Of a stretch of 44,180 nucleotides of DNA, positions 1-9,879 are shown piece after piece; the stretch's first letter is position 1; every line of letters starts with the position of its first letter. The notes beneath the pieces were generated by a model, which was not told the origin of the DNA, made no database searches, and saw only the letters and a program-made list of their open reading frames with translations. The translations under genes were made by a program, and so were the position numbers. The stretch is from Candidatus Parcubacteria bacterium (GTDB lineage: Bacteria; Patescibacteriota; Minisyncoccia; JAHIHE01; JAGLIN01), in contig JAGLLA010000011.1 of NCBI GenBank assembly GCA_023140775.1, positions 1 to 44,180 of the forward strand, given 5' to 3'.

Positions 1-47
1 CAATATGAGGTGGACTAGCACAAAAATTGGTTATATTAATAAAAGTA

Positions 48-74
48 TGCTATAATTTTAATAAATGTTATAAT
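48..74 (+). promoter_or_regulatory. Two tandem extended -10 elements (TGnTATAAT) upstream of the surface locus
   Basis: TGCTATAAT at 48-56 and TGTTATAAT at 66-74. Confidence 0.55.
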
Positions 75-196
75 AGTTTTTATAGTAAAAGGATTGTAAT
101 TTGAAAAATAAATAAATAAATTTGAATATAAAAAAATTATAAAAATGGACAAGGCATAAAAATATATGCCTTTCGATATTAATTTAAAATAAATAT

Positions 197-1282
197 ATGA
201 CAAAAAAATCAAAAAAAATAAGTAAGAAGTTCGTAGCTCTAGTTTGCATGTTCACACTTGTGTTTTCGTACTCCGTCGTAAATGAAACGAGAGCGGCATT
301 GGCAATTATTAGTGACACTTTGACTGATTCTAGGCTTGGAGCTACTTCAGATCATATAATCGCATTTACAGTTAAAGCTGGAAGTCTGACGGCAGGTGAT
401 ACTGTAGTTGTTGTCTTCGAGGCAGATTTTACGACTACTAGTGTTGTTTTTGCGGATATTACAATTGCTGACGATACAGATTCTTATACTGTTGATGATG
501 GCGCATGTGCTTCAAATGAATTAGGCATTACGGGAGAGGGGACGAATACTATTACTTTTACGCTTTGTAGTGGAACTACTATTGCAGATGAAGAGCCTAT
601 CACAATAACATTTTCAAATTCACATATTACTAATCCAGCATCAGCTACTTGTGGTGGAAGTGATAATAGTTATGTTTGCGCAATAACTATCACGACATCA
701 GATGAAGCTGGTACGGCAAAAGTTGCTATAGTCTCTGGAGTTTCAGTTTCTGCTACAGTAGATGAGACATTAGCTTTTACGATTGCGGGGGTTGCTAATT
801 CTGTGGCTCAGAAAACTGGTGTTACAACAACGATTGATACAAGTGGTGATGCAACAACTCTTCCATTTGGAACTCTATCTGTTTCTGCGAATACTATTGT
901 TGGTCAAAATCTAACAGTTTCGACAAATGCTACCGGTGGCTATTCAACTACTCTTGAATATACTGCAGCCTTGACATCAGGAGCTGATACAATTTCAGAT
1001 CATAGTGGAACTAATGCGACTCCAACTTCTTTTTCTGGAGTTGGAACTGAAGGTTGGGGTTATACAACAGACGCAACTCCTTTGGGAACGGGCACAACTA
1101 CTCGTTTCGGTACTAACAATGTATGGGCTGGGCTAAGTGCTACTCCTTATGAAGTGGCATACAGTGCAACACCAATTGCATCTGACTTGACTAAGATTGC
1201 CTATCAAGCAGGAATTTCAGGAACGACTGAAGCAGGGTCGTACACCACAACTCTTTTCTATATCACTACGCCGATATACTAA
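197..1282 (+). CDS. Secreted Thr/Ser/Gly-rich two-domain beta protein with WxL-like/pilin-like C-terminal domain; putative major surface subunit
   Basis: Basic N-terminus, hydrophobic core and AxA-like site; Cys pairs in N-domain; C-domain VSVSATVDETLAFTI...LPFGTL...LTVSTNATGGY ending YTTTLFYITTPIY; no TM anchor; directly upstream of a DUF916-like gene. Confidence 0.7.
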   Translation: MTKKSKKISKKFVALVCMFTLVFSYSVVNETRAALAIISDTLTDSRLGATSDHIIAFTVKAGSLTAGDTVVVVFEADFTTTSVVFADITIADDTDSYTVDDGACASNELGITGEGTNTITFTLCSGTTIADEEPITITFSNSHITNPASATCGGSDNSYVCAITITTSDEAGTAKVAIVSGVSVSATVDETLAFTIAGVANSVAQKTGVTTTIDTSGDATTLPFGTLSVSANTIVGQNLTVSTNATGGYSTTLEYTAALTSGADTISDHSGTNATPTSFSGVGTEGWGYTTDATPLGTGTTTRFGTNNVWAGLSATPYEVAYSATPIASDLTKIAYQAGISGTTEAGSYTTTLFYITTPIY

Positions 1283-1303
1283 TTTAATTTACGGATTTGA
1301 AAT

Positions 1304-2269
1304 ATGAAGATTATGAAGAAAATAGTTTATTTATTTTTAATACCAATTATAAGTCTAATCTTTGGGTCTTTAATATCTAATGTTTTTGCACAAGAAAGTG
1401 TGGGAATTTTTATTTCTCCAGTGAGATTTGAGTTGACAGCCAATCCAGGAGATGTAATTGGAAATAAGATAAAAGTTAAAAATCCGACAGATAGTACGAT
1501 TTCACTTCGAGTTACAAGCGAAGACTTTAAGGCAATTGGCGAAGAGGGACATGTTGCTATTGATATTCAGGAAAGCGAATCAGACAAAAAAGTTTATTCA
1601 CTGAAAAGCTGGATAAAAATTCAACCAAACGAGTTTATTCTAAATCCAGGAGAAGAAAGAATTATAGATTTTATAATCGAAATACCAGAAAATGCGGAGC
1701 CAGGTGGAAAGTATGGTTCAGTTATTCCAACAATAACTGGTTTAACTGGAGAAGAGTTTACAGGAGCAACGGTTTCTTCAAGTGTGGCTGCTTTAGTTTT
1801 ATTGACTATTTCTGGTGATGTGAAAGAAGATATATTAGTCGATAGTTTTGTCGCTCCTAATTTTTCTGAGTATGGTCCCGTGCCATTTGAAATTAGATTT
1901 AAGAACAATGGAACGGTACATGTTGCGCCAAGGGGATATATAACAGTTGTTGACTGGATGGGAAATAAAGTTGATGATGTAGAGTTTTCACAGTTTAATG
2001 TAATACCTGGTGCTGTGAGAAAAATTAATAAAAAACTAGATAAAAAGTGGTTATTGGGAAAATATACGGCTACGCTCGTTGGAAGTTATGGAACGTCTAA
2101 TACTCCTTTAATTCCATATGTTACCACTTTTTGGGTTTTTCCATGGAAAATCTTCTTATCTGTTTTCGTAGTACTTTTGCTATTTATTATATTTTTCTAT
2201 ATTACAAGAAAGAGATGGAAGATGGCTTTGAAAATATTGCTTAAAGGTGAACATCGTGCACAAAACTAG
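1304..2269 (+). CDS. DUF916/WxL-interacting-like protein (PapD-like Ig domains) with C-terminal membrane anchor
   Basis: Signal peptide; ISPVRFEL..PG, SWI, L.PGE...F.I.IP.NAEPGG.YG, N.G.VH..P.G motifs; C-terminal TM followed by RKRWK. Confidence 0.75.
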   Translation: MKIMKKIVYLFLIPIISLIFGSLISNVFAQESVGIFISPVRFELTANPGDVIGNKIKVKNPTDSTISLRVTSEDFKAIGEEGHVAIDIQESESDKKVYSLKSWIKIQPNEFILNPGEERIIDFIIEIPENAEPGGKYGSVIPTITGLTGEEFTGATVSSSVAALVLLTISGDVKEDILVDSFVAPNFSEYGPVPFEIRFKNNGTVHVAPRGYITVVDWMGNKVDDVEFSQFNVIPGAVRKINKKLDKKWLLGKYTATLVGSYGTSNTPLIPYVTTFWVFPWKIFLSVFVVLLLFIIFFYITRKRWKMALKILLKGEHRAQN

Positions 2270-2301
2270 TCTATATTTATAAATTCTTATATCTTCTGCT
2301 T

Positions 2302-2332
2302 AAAAAATGACATTCATGATGTCGTTTTTTTT
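2302..2332 (+). terminator. Intrinsic terminator
   Basis: AAAAAATGACAT-tcatg-ATGTCGTTTTTT hairpin with T tract. Confidence 0.65.
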
Positions 2333-2378
2333 GTTGTAATTATTTTTTAATTCAAAATTAATATGTTATAATACAAAA

Positions 2379-3698
2379 ATGAATACAAAAAGGAGATATA
2401 ATAATTTACGATATAAATTTGTCCCTGTAATATTTTTTATTGCAGTTATTTGCTCCTATTCAGTTTTTCAGACAAAGGCTATGAAAGTTTCTAATATCAG
2501 CGATACTATCTCTGACGCAAGGGTTGGAATTGCAAATGTCACTCATAATATTTCTTGGTCTGGAAGTTCTGCTAACACTTTATATTGTATTAAGGTTTTA
2601 TTTTGCACTACTTCAGGTGGTGGTTGTACTGTGCCGTCTGAGTTTAATAGTGTTTCAGCTATCAAGGAAAATCTTTCTGGATTAACTAGTTTAAATTGGG
2701 TTTTGGATAATACTTCAAACGGAATTTTGAAATTGGTAAATGTAGCAGGAGAGAGTCCTACTCCTAGTGTTGGTATGGAATTTTCAGGAATTACAAATCC
2801 GATCGTGAGTGGTAGTCTGTATTTGAGATTAGGAACTTATTCGGATGCGGGATGTCTAGCACAAGTTGATAATGGTATTACTATAATTAATATTGAAGAA
2901 CAAGGAATTAGTGTTTCGGCAACTGTTGGAGATACTACTCCACCGCCACCTAGCGGTGGGGGTGGGCAAATTACTCCATCTGGTTATGCCACAGTTGTAT
3001 TCAAAGGTAAAGCTTATCCTGGTTCTTATGTAACGATCTTAAAGGATGGAAATGTGACAGCCACTCTTAGCGCTGATCCAGGGGCTAATTTTGAGGCAAC
3101 TTTGACAGGCTTATCTGCGGGTGTTCGAAATTTTGGTTTGTGGTCAGAGGATAAGAATGGTGTAAAATCCATGACCTTAAGTTTTTCATCAGCCTTAACT
3201 GCTGGTACTGTTACAACTTTCTCTGGCTTGTTCTTGCCTCCTACTATTAATATTGAAAATAGCAGCGTAACAAAGGGAGAGATAATAAATATTTTTGGCT
3301 ATTCTTATCCTGCGAGTGAGGTTAATATTTTTTTAAATTCTGAATCAGAAATAGTTAAAAAAGTAACAGCTAAAGAAGATGGTGGTTGGCTTTTGGCATT
3401 TGACACTTCTTTGGTTGAAACTGGAGACCATAGTGCTCGTTCAAAAGCGGTATCGCCCGAAGCGGAAATTTCTCTTTTTTCGCAGGTTGTTGATTTTCGA
3501 GTTTTGAAAGAAGGGGAACAAGGAGCTTGTCAGGGGGCGGATTTAAATTTTGATAAAAAAATTGATTTAATCGATTTTTCAATTATGTTATATTTTTGGG
3601 ATCAAGCAATGCCATCTAATATATGTGCCGATATAAATTCTGGTGGAACAGTTAATTTGGTTGATTTTAGTATTATGATGTATTATTGGACCGATTAG
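2379..3698 (+). CDS. Secreted multi-Ig-like protein with C-terminal dockerin domain
   Basis: Signal peptide; N-domain resembles 197..1282; PPPPSGGGG linker; duplicated Ca-binding motif ADLNFDKKIDLIDFSIM / ADINSGGTVNLVDFSIM. Confidence 0.8.
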   Translation: MNTKRRYNNLRYKFVPVIFFIAVICSYSVFQTKAMKVSNISDTISDARVGIANVTHNISWSGSSANTLYCIKVLFCTTSGGGCTVPSEFNSVSAIKENLSGLTSLNWVLDNTSNGILKLVNVAGESPTPSVGMEFSGITNPIVSGSLYLRLGTYSDAGCLAQVDNGITIINIEEQGISVSATVGDTTPPPPSGGGGQITPSGYATVVFKGKAYPGSYVTILKDGNVTATLSADPGANFEATLTGLSAGVRNFGLWSEDKNGVKSMTLSFSSALTAGTVTTFSGLFLPPTINIENSSVTKGEIINIFGYSYPASEVNIFLNSESEIVKKVTAKEDGGWLLAFDTSLVETGDHSARSKAVSPEAEISLFSQVVDFRVLKEGEQGACQGADLNFDKKIDLIDFSIMLYFWDQAMPSNICADINSGGTVNLVDFSIMMYYWTD

Positions 3699-3830
3699 AT
3701 TTTCAAATAAATATTAGACAACCAAAGAAAATTTTGTGGAATTTAATAAAATTTGGTTATTATGAAAAAATCAATAAATATTGTATAATATTAATAAAAG
3801 TATAGGATAATATAAAATTAAATATAAGAA

Positions 3831-4973
3831 ATGCAAAAAATTATCGTTACAATTTTTTCTTGTCTTTTTTTGGTAGTTCCTTTCGTGGTTAAGTCTGCTG
3901 ATATCTTTTTAATTCCGCAAGCATTTGAATATTACAAAGACAATACATTTATTAAGGAGGTTTATCTTGATACAGAAGATGAAAATATTAATGTTGTAGA
4001 GTCGAAAATAGTTTTTAATTTTGATGTTTTGGAGGCTGTTGATGTGATGACGGGTAATTCAATAATTAAACTTTGGGTAGAAGAACCAAGAATATCAAAC
4101 AAGGAAGGAAAAATTAAATTTTCAGGAGGAATACCTAATGGATACAAAGGAAATGGATTGTTGTTTAAAATATTATTTAAGGCAAAAAATAGTGGAGATT
4201 GTGGATTTAATTTTATTAGTGCTAGTATATATTTAAATGATGGCAAGGCGACGAAGGAAAATGTAGATATTATAGAAGATAACTGCAATATTGTAGAAAA
4301 GTTAGAAAATCTTATTGAAGTTTCATCAACAAGTCATCCTAATGAAAATAAATGGTATGGCGATAGTAATTTAAGTTTGCAGTGGGATTTGATTGAAAAC
4401 ATTGATTATAGTTATCTTTTAAGCAAAGATTCATTATCTATCCCTGATATGATAGCTAATAGGCCAGAAGGTGATTTGATTTGGATGGATTCAATGTCAT
4501 ATAAAGGTTTAGATGATGGAATTTACTATTTTCATTTAAGACAAAAAAAGATTGATAAGAAATGGTCAGAAAAAACAACATACAGAGCAATGATTGATGC
4601 GAGAAAACCAGAAAAGCTATTTGCTCAAGTGGAGGATATTGAAGGAAAAAAATATTTAGTTTTCAATGCGGAAGACAAAACTTCAGGAATTGAAAAATAC
4701 ATGATTTTGGAAAAACCGACAAAAAAAATAACTGATATTTTTCGAAAAATTGATTCAAAAGATCTGCTAATTGCGGTTAGTCCATATCTTTTAGAAGATC
4801 AAAAACTTCAAAGTGATATAGTTATTATGGCAATTGATAAAGCAGGTAATGAGTCAAGAATCGAAATTCTTGCTACTGAGGATGATTCTTCAATTTTACA
4901 ATTTTCAGTATTGTTATTAGCTATAATTATATTAATTATAATAATATTGATTGCGAAAAGGAAAAAAAAGTAA
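3831..4973 (+). CDS. Cohesin-domain surface protein with C-terminal TM anchor
   Basis: Signal peptide; INVVE..I.F..D.LE...LWVEEP...G.I.FSGG.PNG...LF.I.F.AK..G..LNDG pattern; C-terminal TM plus KRKKK. Confidence 0.75.
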   Translation: MQKIIVTIFSCLFLVVPFVVKSADIFLIPQAFEYYKDNTFIKEVYLDTEDENINVVESKIVFNFDVLEAVDVMTGNSIIKLWVEEPRISNKEGKIKFSGGIPNGYKGNGLLFKILFKAKNSGDCGFNFISASIYLNDGKATKENVDIIEDNCNIVEKLENLIEVSSTSHPNENKWYGDSNLSLQWDLIENIDYSYLLSKDSLSIPDMIANRPEGDLIWMDSMSYKGLDDGIYYFHLRQKKIDKKWSEKTTYRAMIDARKPEKLFAQVEDIEGKKYLVFNAEDKTSGIEKYMILEKPTKKITDIFRKIDSKDLLIAVSPYLLEDQKLQSDIVIMAIDKAGNESRIEILATEDDSSILQFSVLLLAIIILIIIILIAKRKKK

Positions 4974-5192
4974 AGAACGAATTTTAATATTTATATTATC
5001 TTTGTTGTTTTTCTGACCATTTCATGCAATCGTTCTATCGTTAATTATAATTATATTTGTAATATGCCTTGTATTCAATAGAGGAAACAAAAAAAAGAAA
5101 AAAATTTGCAATGAAATTAAAAGAAAAAGAAGAAGTAATTATAAATCAATTAAGAAACATTGAAAGAGATAATAATAATCAAAATTTATAAT

Positions 5193-6917
5193 ATGAAAAA
5201 AATTATATTCATATTTGCATTATTTTTACTTATCATAATGCCAGCAGGGAAAACTGAAGCTGCTTCTTTATATATATCTCCAGTAAATGGAGAATATTTA
5301 GTAGATTCATCTTTTTCGGTGTCAGTTAGTGTAAATAGTTTAGGAACTTCAATTAACGCTATTGAAGCTGTTATAAATTATCCAGCTGATATTCTTGAAG
5401 TTAAAAGCATTTCAAAAAGTAATTCGATTTTGAAATTATGGATAAAGGAGCCAACATTTTCAAATGGGGTTATTAGTTTTAGTGGAGGAACTCCTGCTCC
5501 AGATTTTATTGGTTCGGGGAATAATATCGTTGTAAATTTTCTAGCGAAAAAAGAAGGAAAAGCAAGTTTGTTAATTTCTGAAGGAATGGTTTTAGCGGCT
5601 GACGGAAGAGGAACGAATGTGCTAACTTCAAAAAATGGTGCAATTTTTAATATTATTACAAAAATTAAGTCACCGATGCCACCTGATGACAGAAAAAAAA
5701 TAGTTATTCCAGATGCGAAAAAGATTATTAATAAAAAACCTGAAAAAATATTAATATCATCCAAAACACATCCAGACCAAAATCAGTGGTATAATAATCC
5801 AAATACCATAATTTCTTGGAAAATGCCAACGGATATTATTTTGCAAAATTTAAATTTTGACATGGAACAAAAATTATCGTCAGATACAATTACCAAGAAT
5901 TTATTTGATAATAATGAATATAATGATATTAGTGATGGCAAATGGTATTTTAATATCAAAGTAAAAAATAATTATGGATGGAGTCCAATTGCAAGCTATA
6001 AAATTAAAATTGATATCAAGAGTCCTTATGATTTTGAAATAAGAATTGAAAATAATAATGATGCAACTAATCCTAGTCCAGAATTATATTTTAAGGCAGA
6101 AGATGACTTATCTGGTATTGGTTATTATGAAATGATAATTGATGATATTAACCATTTCTCAATAGTTCCTTCGGAAGTTAATCCTTTTATAATGCCAGTG
6201 CAAAGTCCTGGATTGCATAGTGTAATCGTAGTTGCAGTTGATAAAGCAGGTAATCGAACAGAAAGTAAAACATCGATAAATATTAAATCAATTGAAATTC
6301 CTGAAATTACTATATACCCTCAGATATATAAAGCAGGAGATGAGATGATGTATCTTGAAGGAAAATCAATGCCTGAATCAATTTTAGTTTTGAATTTCAC
6401 TAAAGATGGAAAGATAATAAGAAATTGGGAGACAATCAGTGATAATGAAGGAAATTGGAAATATTTTACTGAAGAATTATTTAAAGAGGGGACTTATATA
6501 ATTTCAGCTCAAACAAAAGATGCAAGAGGGGCAATAAGCTATCCTTCTGAGGGGGAAGAGATTAAAATATTATTAAGTGGTTTTGCTATTGGTTCGTACG
6601 TAGTTAGCTATATCCCGTTTGTACGGATATTATTGCTGCTATTATTGATTATATCGATAGTGATTTTTGTATTTATAAATAGATCAAAAAAAGAAAAGAG
6701 AGCGATTATAAGAGAAATTTTTGAAGCAAGGGTAAGTTTGAAAAAAAACTTTAGAATATTAAAAAGCAAGATTGAAAAGAGGATTAAAATCATTGATGCT
6801 AAACCAGGATTTAATAGCAAAGAGAAAAAGATAAGAGATGATATATTTAGTGTTTTGGAAAAATCAGAGAAAAATATTGGGAAAGAAATTAAGAATATTG
6901 AAGATGAAGTAAAATAG
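5193..6917 (+). CDS. Cohesin-domain surface protein with Ig-like domains, TM anchor and cytoplasmic coiled tail (start revised to ATG 5193)
   Basis: MKKIIFIF signal peptide; INAIEA.I.YP.D.LEV..LWIKEP..FSGG..AADG.GT; shares S.THP...WY, DG.YF, AED..SGI, DKAGN with 3831..4973. Confidence 0.78.
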   Translation: MKKIIFIFALFLLIIMPAGKTEAASLYISPVNGEYLVDSSFSVSVSVNSLGTSINAIEAVINYPADILEVKSISKSNSILKLWIKEPTFSNGVISFSGGTPAPDFIGSGNNIVVNFLAKKEGKASLLISEGMVLAADGRGTNVLTSKNGAIFNIITKIKSPMPPDDRKKIVIPDAKKIINKKPEKILISSKTHPDQNQWYNNPNTIISWKMPTDIILQNLNFDMEQKLSSDTITKNLFDNNEYNDISDGKWYFNIKVKNNYGWSPIASYKIKIDIKSPYDFEIRIENNNDATNPSPELYFKAEDDLSGIGYYEMIIDDINHFSIVPSEVNPFIMPVQSPGLHSVIVVAVDKAGNRTESKTSINIKSIEIPEITIYPQIYKAGDEMMYLEGKSMPESILVLNFTKDGKIIRNWETISDNEGNWKYFTEELFKEGTYIISAQTKDARGAISYPSEGEEIKILLSGFAIGSYVVSYIPFVRILLLLLLIISIVIFVFINRSKKEKRAIIREIFEARVSLKKNFRILKSKIEKRIKIIDAKPGFNSKEKKIRDDIFSVLEKSEKNIGKEIKNIEDEVK

Positions 6918-7059
6918 ATTTTTATTAGATATAAAAATTTCTTAAGAGAATAATATTAAATGAATAATATATGATATTTTAAATAAAGATTGCAGAAAAT
7001 TTACATAATTATGTAGATTATGTTATAATATTAGCAAATACTATAATAAAAAAATAAAC

Positions 7060-8289
7060 ATGAAAGTTTTAATGTTTGGATGGGAATTTCCTCCTCATAA
7101 TAGCGGGGGGCTTGGGACTGCTTGCTATGGAATTACAAAGGCTTTATCTGAAAAGGGCGTAGAAATTAATTTCGTTTTGCCGAGAAATTATGGAATTGAA
7201 GAAAATTTTTTGAACGTAATTCATACCAAGTTGCCAAAAATTAAAATGAGAGAGATCGATTCATTGCTTGTTGCTTATATGAATTCTATGAGCTACAAAA
7301 AAATGTTTTTATCCTTAGAGGACAAAAAAAATACAGAAAATTACTGTGGAGATTTATTGCAGGAAGTTCATAGATATGCTCAAGTTGCAAAGGAAATCGC
7401 GCAAGATGTGGAACATGATATTATTCACTCTCATGACTGGATGACATTTCCATCAGGAATTGAGGCAAAAAATCAATCCAGAAAGCCACTTGTTAGTCAC
7501 GTTCATTCGACTGAAGATGACAGAAGTGGAGGGCAAGGGGCAAACCCCCATGTGTTTGAAATCGAAAAAAGTGGAATTAAAGAGGCTGATAAGGTTTTGG
7601 CGGTAAGTAATTTTACGAGGAATAAAATTATAGATAATTATGATATTGAAAATGGCAAAATTGATGTAATTTATAACGCAGTTAACAAGGTAGACTTTGA
7701 TGATGTATGTCTCTCTAGGCGTTTGAATTTTGGAAAAAATAAAATAGTTCTATTTTTAGGAAGATTGACACTGCACAAAGGACCTGATTACTTTTTGAAA
7801 GCGGCTAAAAAGGCTTTAGATAAAAATAGAAATATTATTTTTATAATTTCAGGTTCGGGGGATATGGATAGTCAAATTATTGAACAAGCAGCAGACCTTG
7901 GTATTGCGGATAAAGTTTTATTCACTGGATTCTTGAGAGGAGAAGATCTAAAAAAAATTTATAAAATGGCTGATCTATACGTAATGCCTTCTATCTCTGA
8001 ACCATTCGGGATTACTTCCTTGGAAGCAATGGCGAGTGGAACTCCTGTCTTGATTTCAAAGCAGTCTGGAGTAAGTGAAATTTTGAATCATTGTCTCAGG
8101 GTTGATTTTTGGGATATTGATGAAATGGCAAATAAAATTTTGTCTGTTGTCGATTACAATGAGTTGAGAACATGCTTAGCTGACAATGGATTATCAGAAA
8201 TTGATAAATTTACATGGAACAAAGCTGCAGACGAAATTATTAAGGTTTATAACACTTTGGTCATATCAAAAAAAAGAATTAATATATAG
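7060..8289 (+). CDS. GT4 glycosyltransferase (glycogen/alpha-glucan synthase-like)
   Basis: MFGWEFPP..SGGLG, HSHDWMT, EPFGITSLEAM. Confidence 0.9.
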   Translation: MKVLMFGWEFPPHNSGGLGTACYGITKALSEKGVEINFVLPRNYGIEENFLNVIHTKLPKIKMREIDSLLVAYMNSMSYKKMFLSLEDKKNTENYCGDLLQEVHRYAQVAKEIAQDVEHDIIHSHDWMTFPSGIEAKNQSRKPLVSHVHSTEDDRSGGQGANPHVFEIEKSGIKEADKVLAVSNFTRNKIIDNYDIENGKIDVIYNAVNKVDFDDVCLSRRLNFGKNKIVLFLGRLTLHKGPDYFLKAAKKALDKNRNIIFIISGSGDMDSQIIEQAADLGIADKVLFTGFLRGEDLKKIYKMADLYVMPSISEPFGITSLEAMASGTPVLISKQSGVSEILNHCLRVDFWDIDEMANKILSVVDYNELRTCLADNGLSEIDKFTWNKAADEIIKVYNTLVISKKRINI

Positions 8290-8319
8290 AAAGTATTATT
8301 ATTATTTAATATTAAAATT

Positions 8320-9525
8320 GTGCCTTCGATTTGCTTTTATTTTCAAGTTCATCAACCTTACCGGATAAAAAAATATTCAGTTTTTGATATTGGGCAAGAT
8401 CATAGATATTTTGATGATGATAATTTAAATGAAAAAGGAAATAGGGCGGTCCTGGAGAAAGTTGCTCAAAAGTGTTATATTCCAACAACTAAGATTCTTC
8501 TTGATCTTGTGCATCGACATCCTGAATTCAAAATAAGTTTTTCTTTTTCGGGAACTGTTTTGGAGCAATTAGAAAAATATTCTCCTGAAGCTCTTAGTCT
8601 CTTTCAAATACTCGTTAAGACGGGAAATGTTGAGATTCTTGATGAAACATATTATCATTCTTTATCTTTTTTTTATTCAGATGAAGAATTTATCAAGCAA
8701 GTAAAAATGCATCGAGAAAAAATTGAAGATCTTTTTGATTATCAGCCGCGAGTTTTTCGAAACACTGAATTGGCATATAATAACGAGCTTGCTGTTCTTG
8801 TGGAAAAAATGGGATATAGCGGAATAGTGGCAGAAGGGTGGGAACATTATCTGAATGAAAGGTCGCCAAATTTTTTATATAGACCTAAAGGAACAAACAG
8901 GATAAAACTGCTTTTAAAAAATTATAAACTTTCAGATGATGTGGCGTTTAGATTTTCCAATAAAGGATGGAAGGAATATCCTTTGGATGCTTCAAAATTT
9001 AGTCAATGGATCAATTCTATAAATGGCAGTGGTGATACAATAAATTTATTTATGGATTATGAGACATTCGGAGAGCATCAATGGGAAGATAGTGGCATTT
9101 TTGATTTTCTCAAAGCATTGCCAGAAGAGATATTGAAACATCCTGATAATATTTTCAAAACTCCTTCAGAAGTAATTTCCTCTTATGATTTTGTTGGCGA
9201 ATTAGATATCCATAATGTTTTGACCTGGGCAGATACCGAAAGAGATTTAAGCGCCTGGACAGGCAATTCAATGCAAAAATCATCTTTGAAAAAGCTTTAT
9301 GAGCTTGAAGATGATGTGACAAGTTCAGATGATGACTTGATTAAAGAAGATTGGCGAAGACTTCAGACCAGTGATCATTTTTATTATATGTGTACGAAAT
9401 GGTTTTCTGATGGAGATGTTCATAAATATTTTAGTCCTTACGAATCTCCATATGAAGCATTTATAAGTTTTGTTAATGTTCTAAATGATTTTAGATTTAG
9501 ATTAGATAAAATTAAAAGTAATTAG
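8320..9525 (+). CDS. GH57 alpha-amylase-like glycoside hydrolase
   Basis: FQVHQP, ETYYHSL, FRNTEL, LSDD.AFRFS, MDYETFGEHQW, LQTSDHFYYM. Confidence 0.92.
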   Translation: MPSICFYFQVHQPYRIKKYSVFDIGQDHRYFDDDNLNEKGNRAVLEKVAQKCYIPTTKILLDLVHRHPEFKISFSFSGTVLEQLEKYSPEALSLFQILVKTGNVEILDETYYHSLSFFYSDEEFIKQVKMHREKIEDLFDYQPRVFRNTELAYNNELAVLVEKMGYSGIVAEGWEHYLNERSPNFLYRPKGTNRIKLLLKNYKLSDDVAFRFSNKGWKEYPLDASKFSQWINSINGSGDTINLFMDYETFGEHQWEDSGIFDFLKALPEEILKHPDNIFKTPSEVISSYDFVGELDIHNVLTWADTERDLSAWTGNSMQKSSLKKLYELEDDVTSSDDDLIKEDWRRLQTSDHFYYMCTKWFSDGDVHKYFSPYESPYEAFISFVNVLNDFRFRLDKIKSN

Positions 9526-9567
9526 TTAATTTCAACATTGTTTTTATTTTATTAATTAAATAAGAAA

Positions 9568-9837
9568 ATGAAAAAAACAAAAAATATTATCAGTGCAAGC
9601 GATGAACTTTGTTTTTGGTCTTGTGATGGATTAGTATTAAGAAATCTTGAGGATCTAAAAAAGTCTTTGATGAGAATGAGTAAAAAGACTTTTGAATATC
9701 ATGTAAATCGAGAAAAAAATGATTTTGCGACTTGGATAGATAATGTTTTGGGAGATAGGGTCTTGGCAAATAAGCTGAAAAAGATAAAAACAATTAAAAC
9801 AACGATCAAGACGATCGAGAATAATCTAAATAAATAG
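9568..9837 (+). CDS. Small DUF5752-like protein
   Basis: FW..DG..LRNL.DL...F.YHVN.EKNDFA.WI..VLGD..LA pattern. Confidence 0.65.
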   Translation: MKKTKNIISASDELCFWSCDGLVLRNLEDLKKSLMRMSKKTFEYHVNREKNDFATWIDNVLGDRVLANKLKKIKTIKTTIKTIENNLNK

Positions 9838-9879
9838 TTATTGAAGTTCACTTATAATTTAATTCATAATTTAATTACC

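Noticed and set aside
197-6917. True cellulosome
   Set aside because: No catalytic CAZyme or CBM recognised on the dockerin protein, and each anchor has a single cohesin
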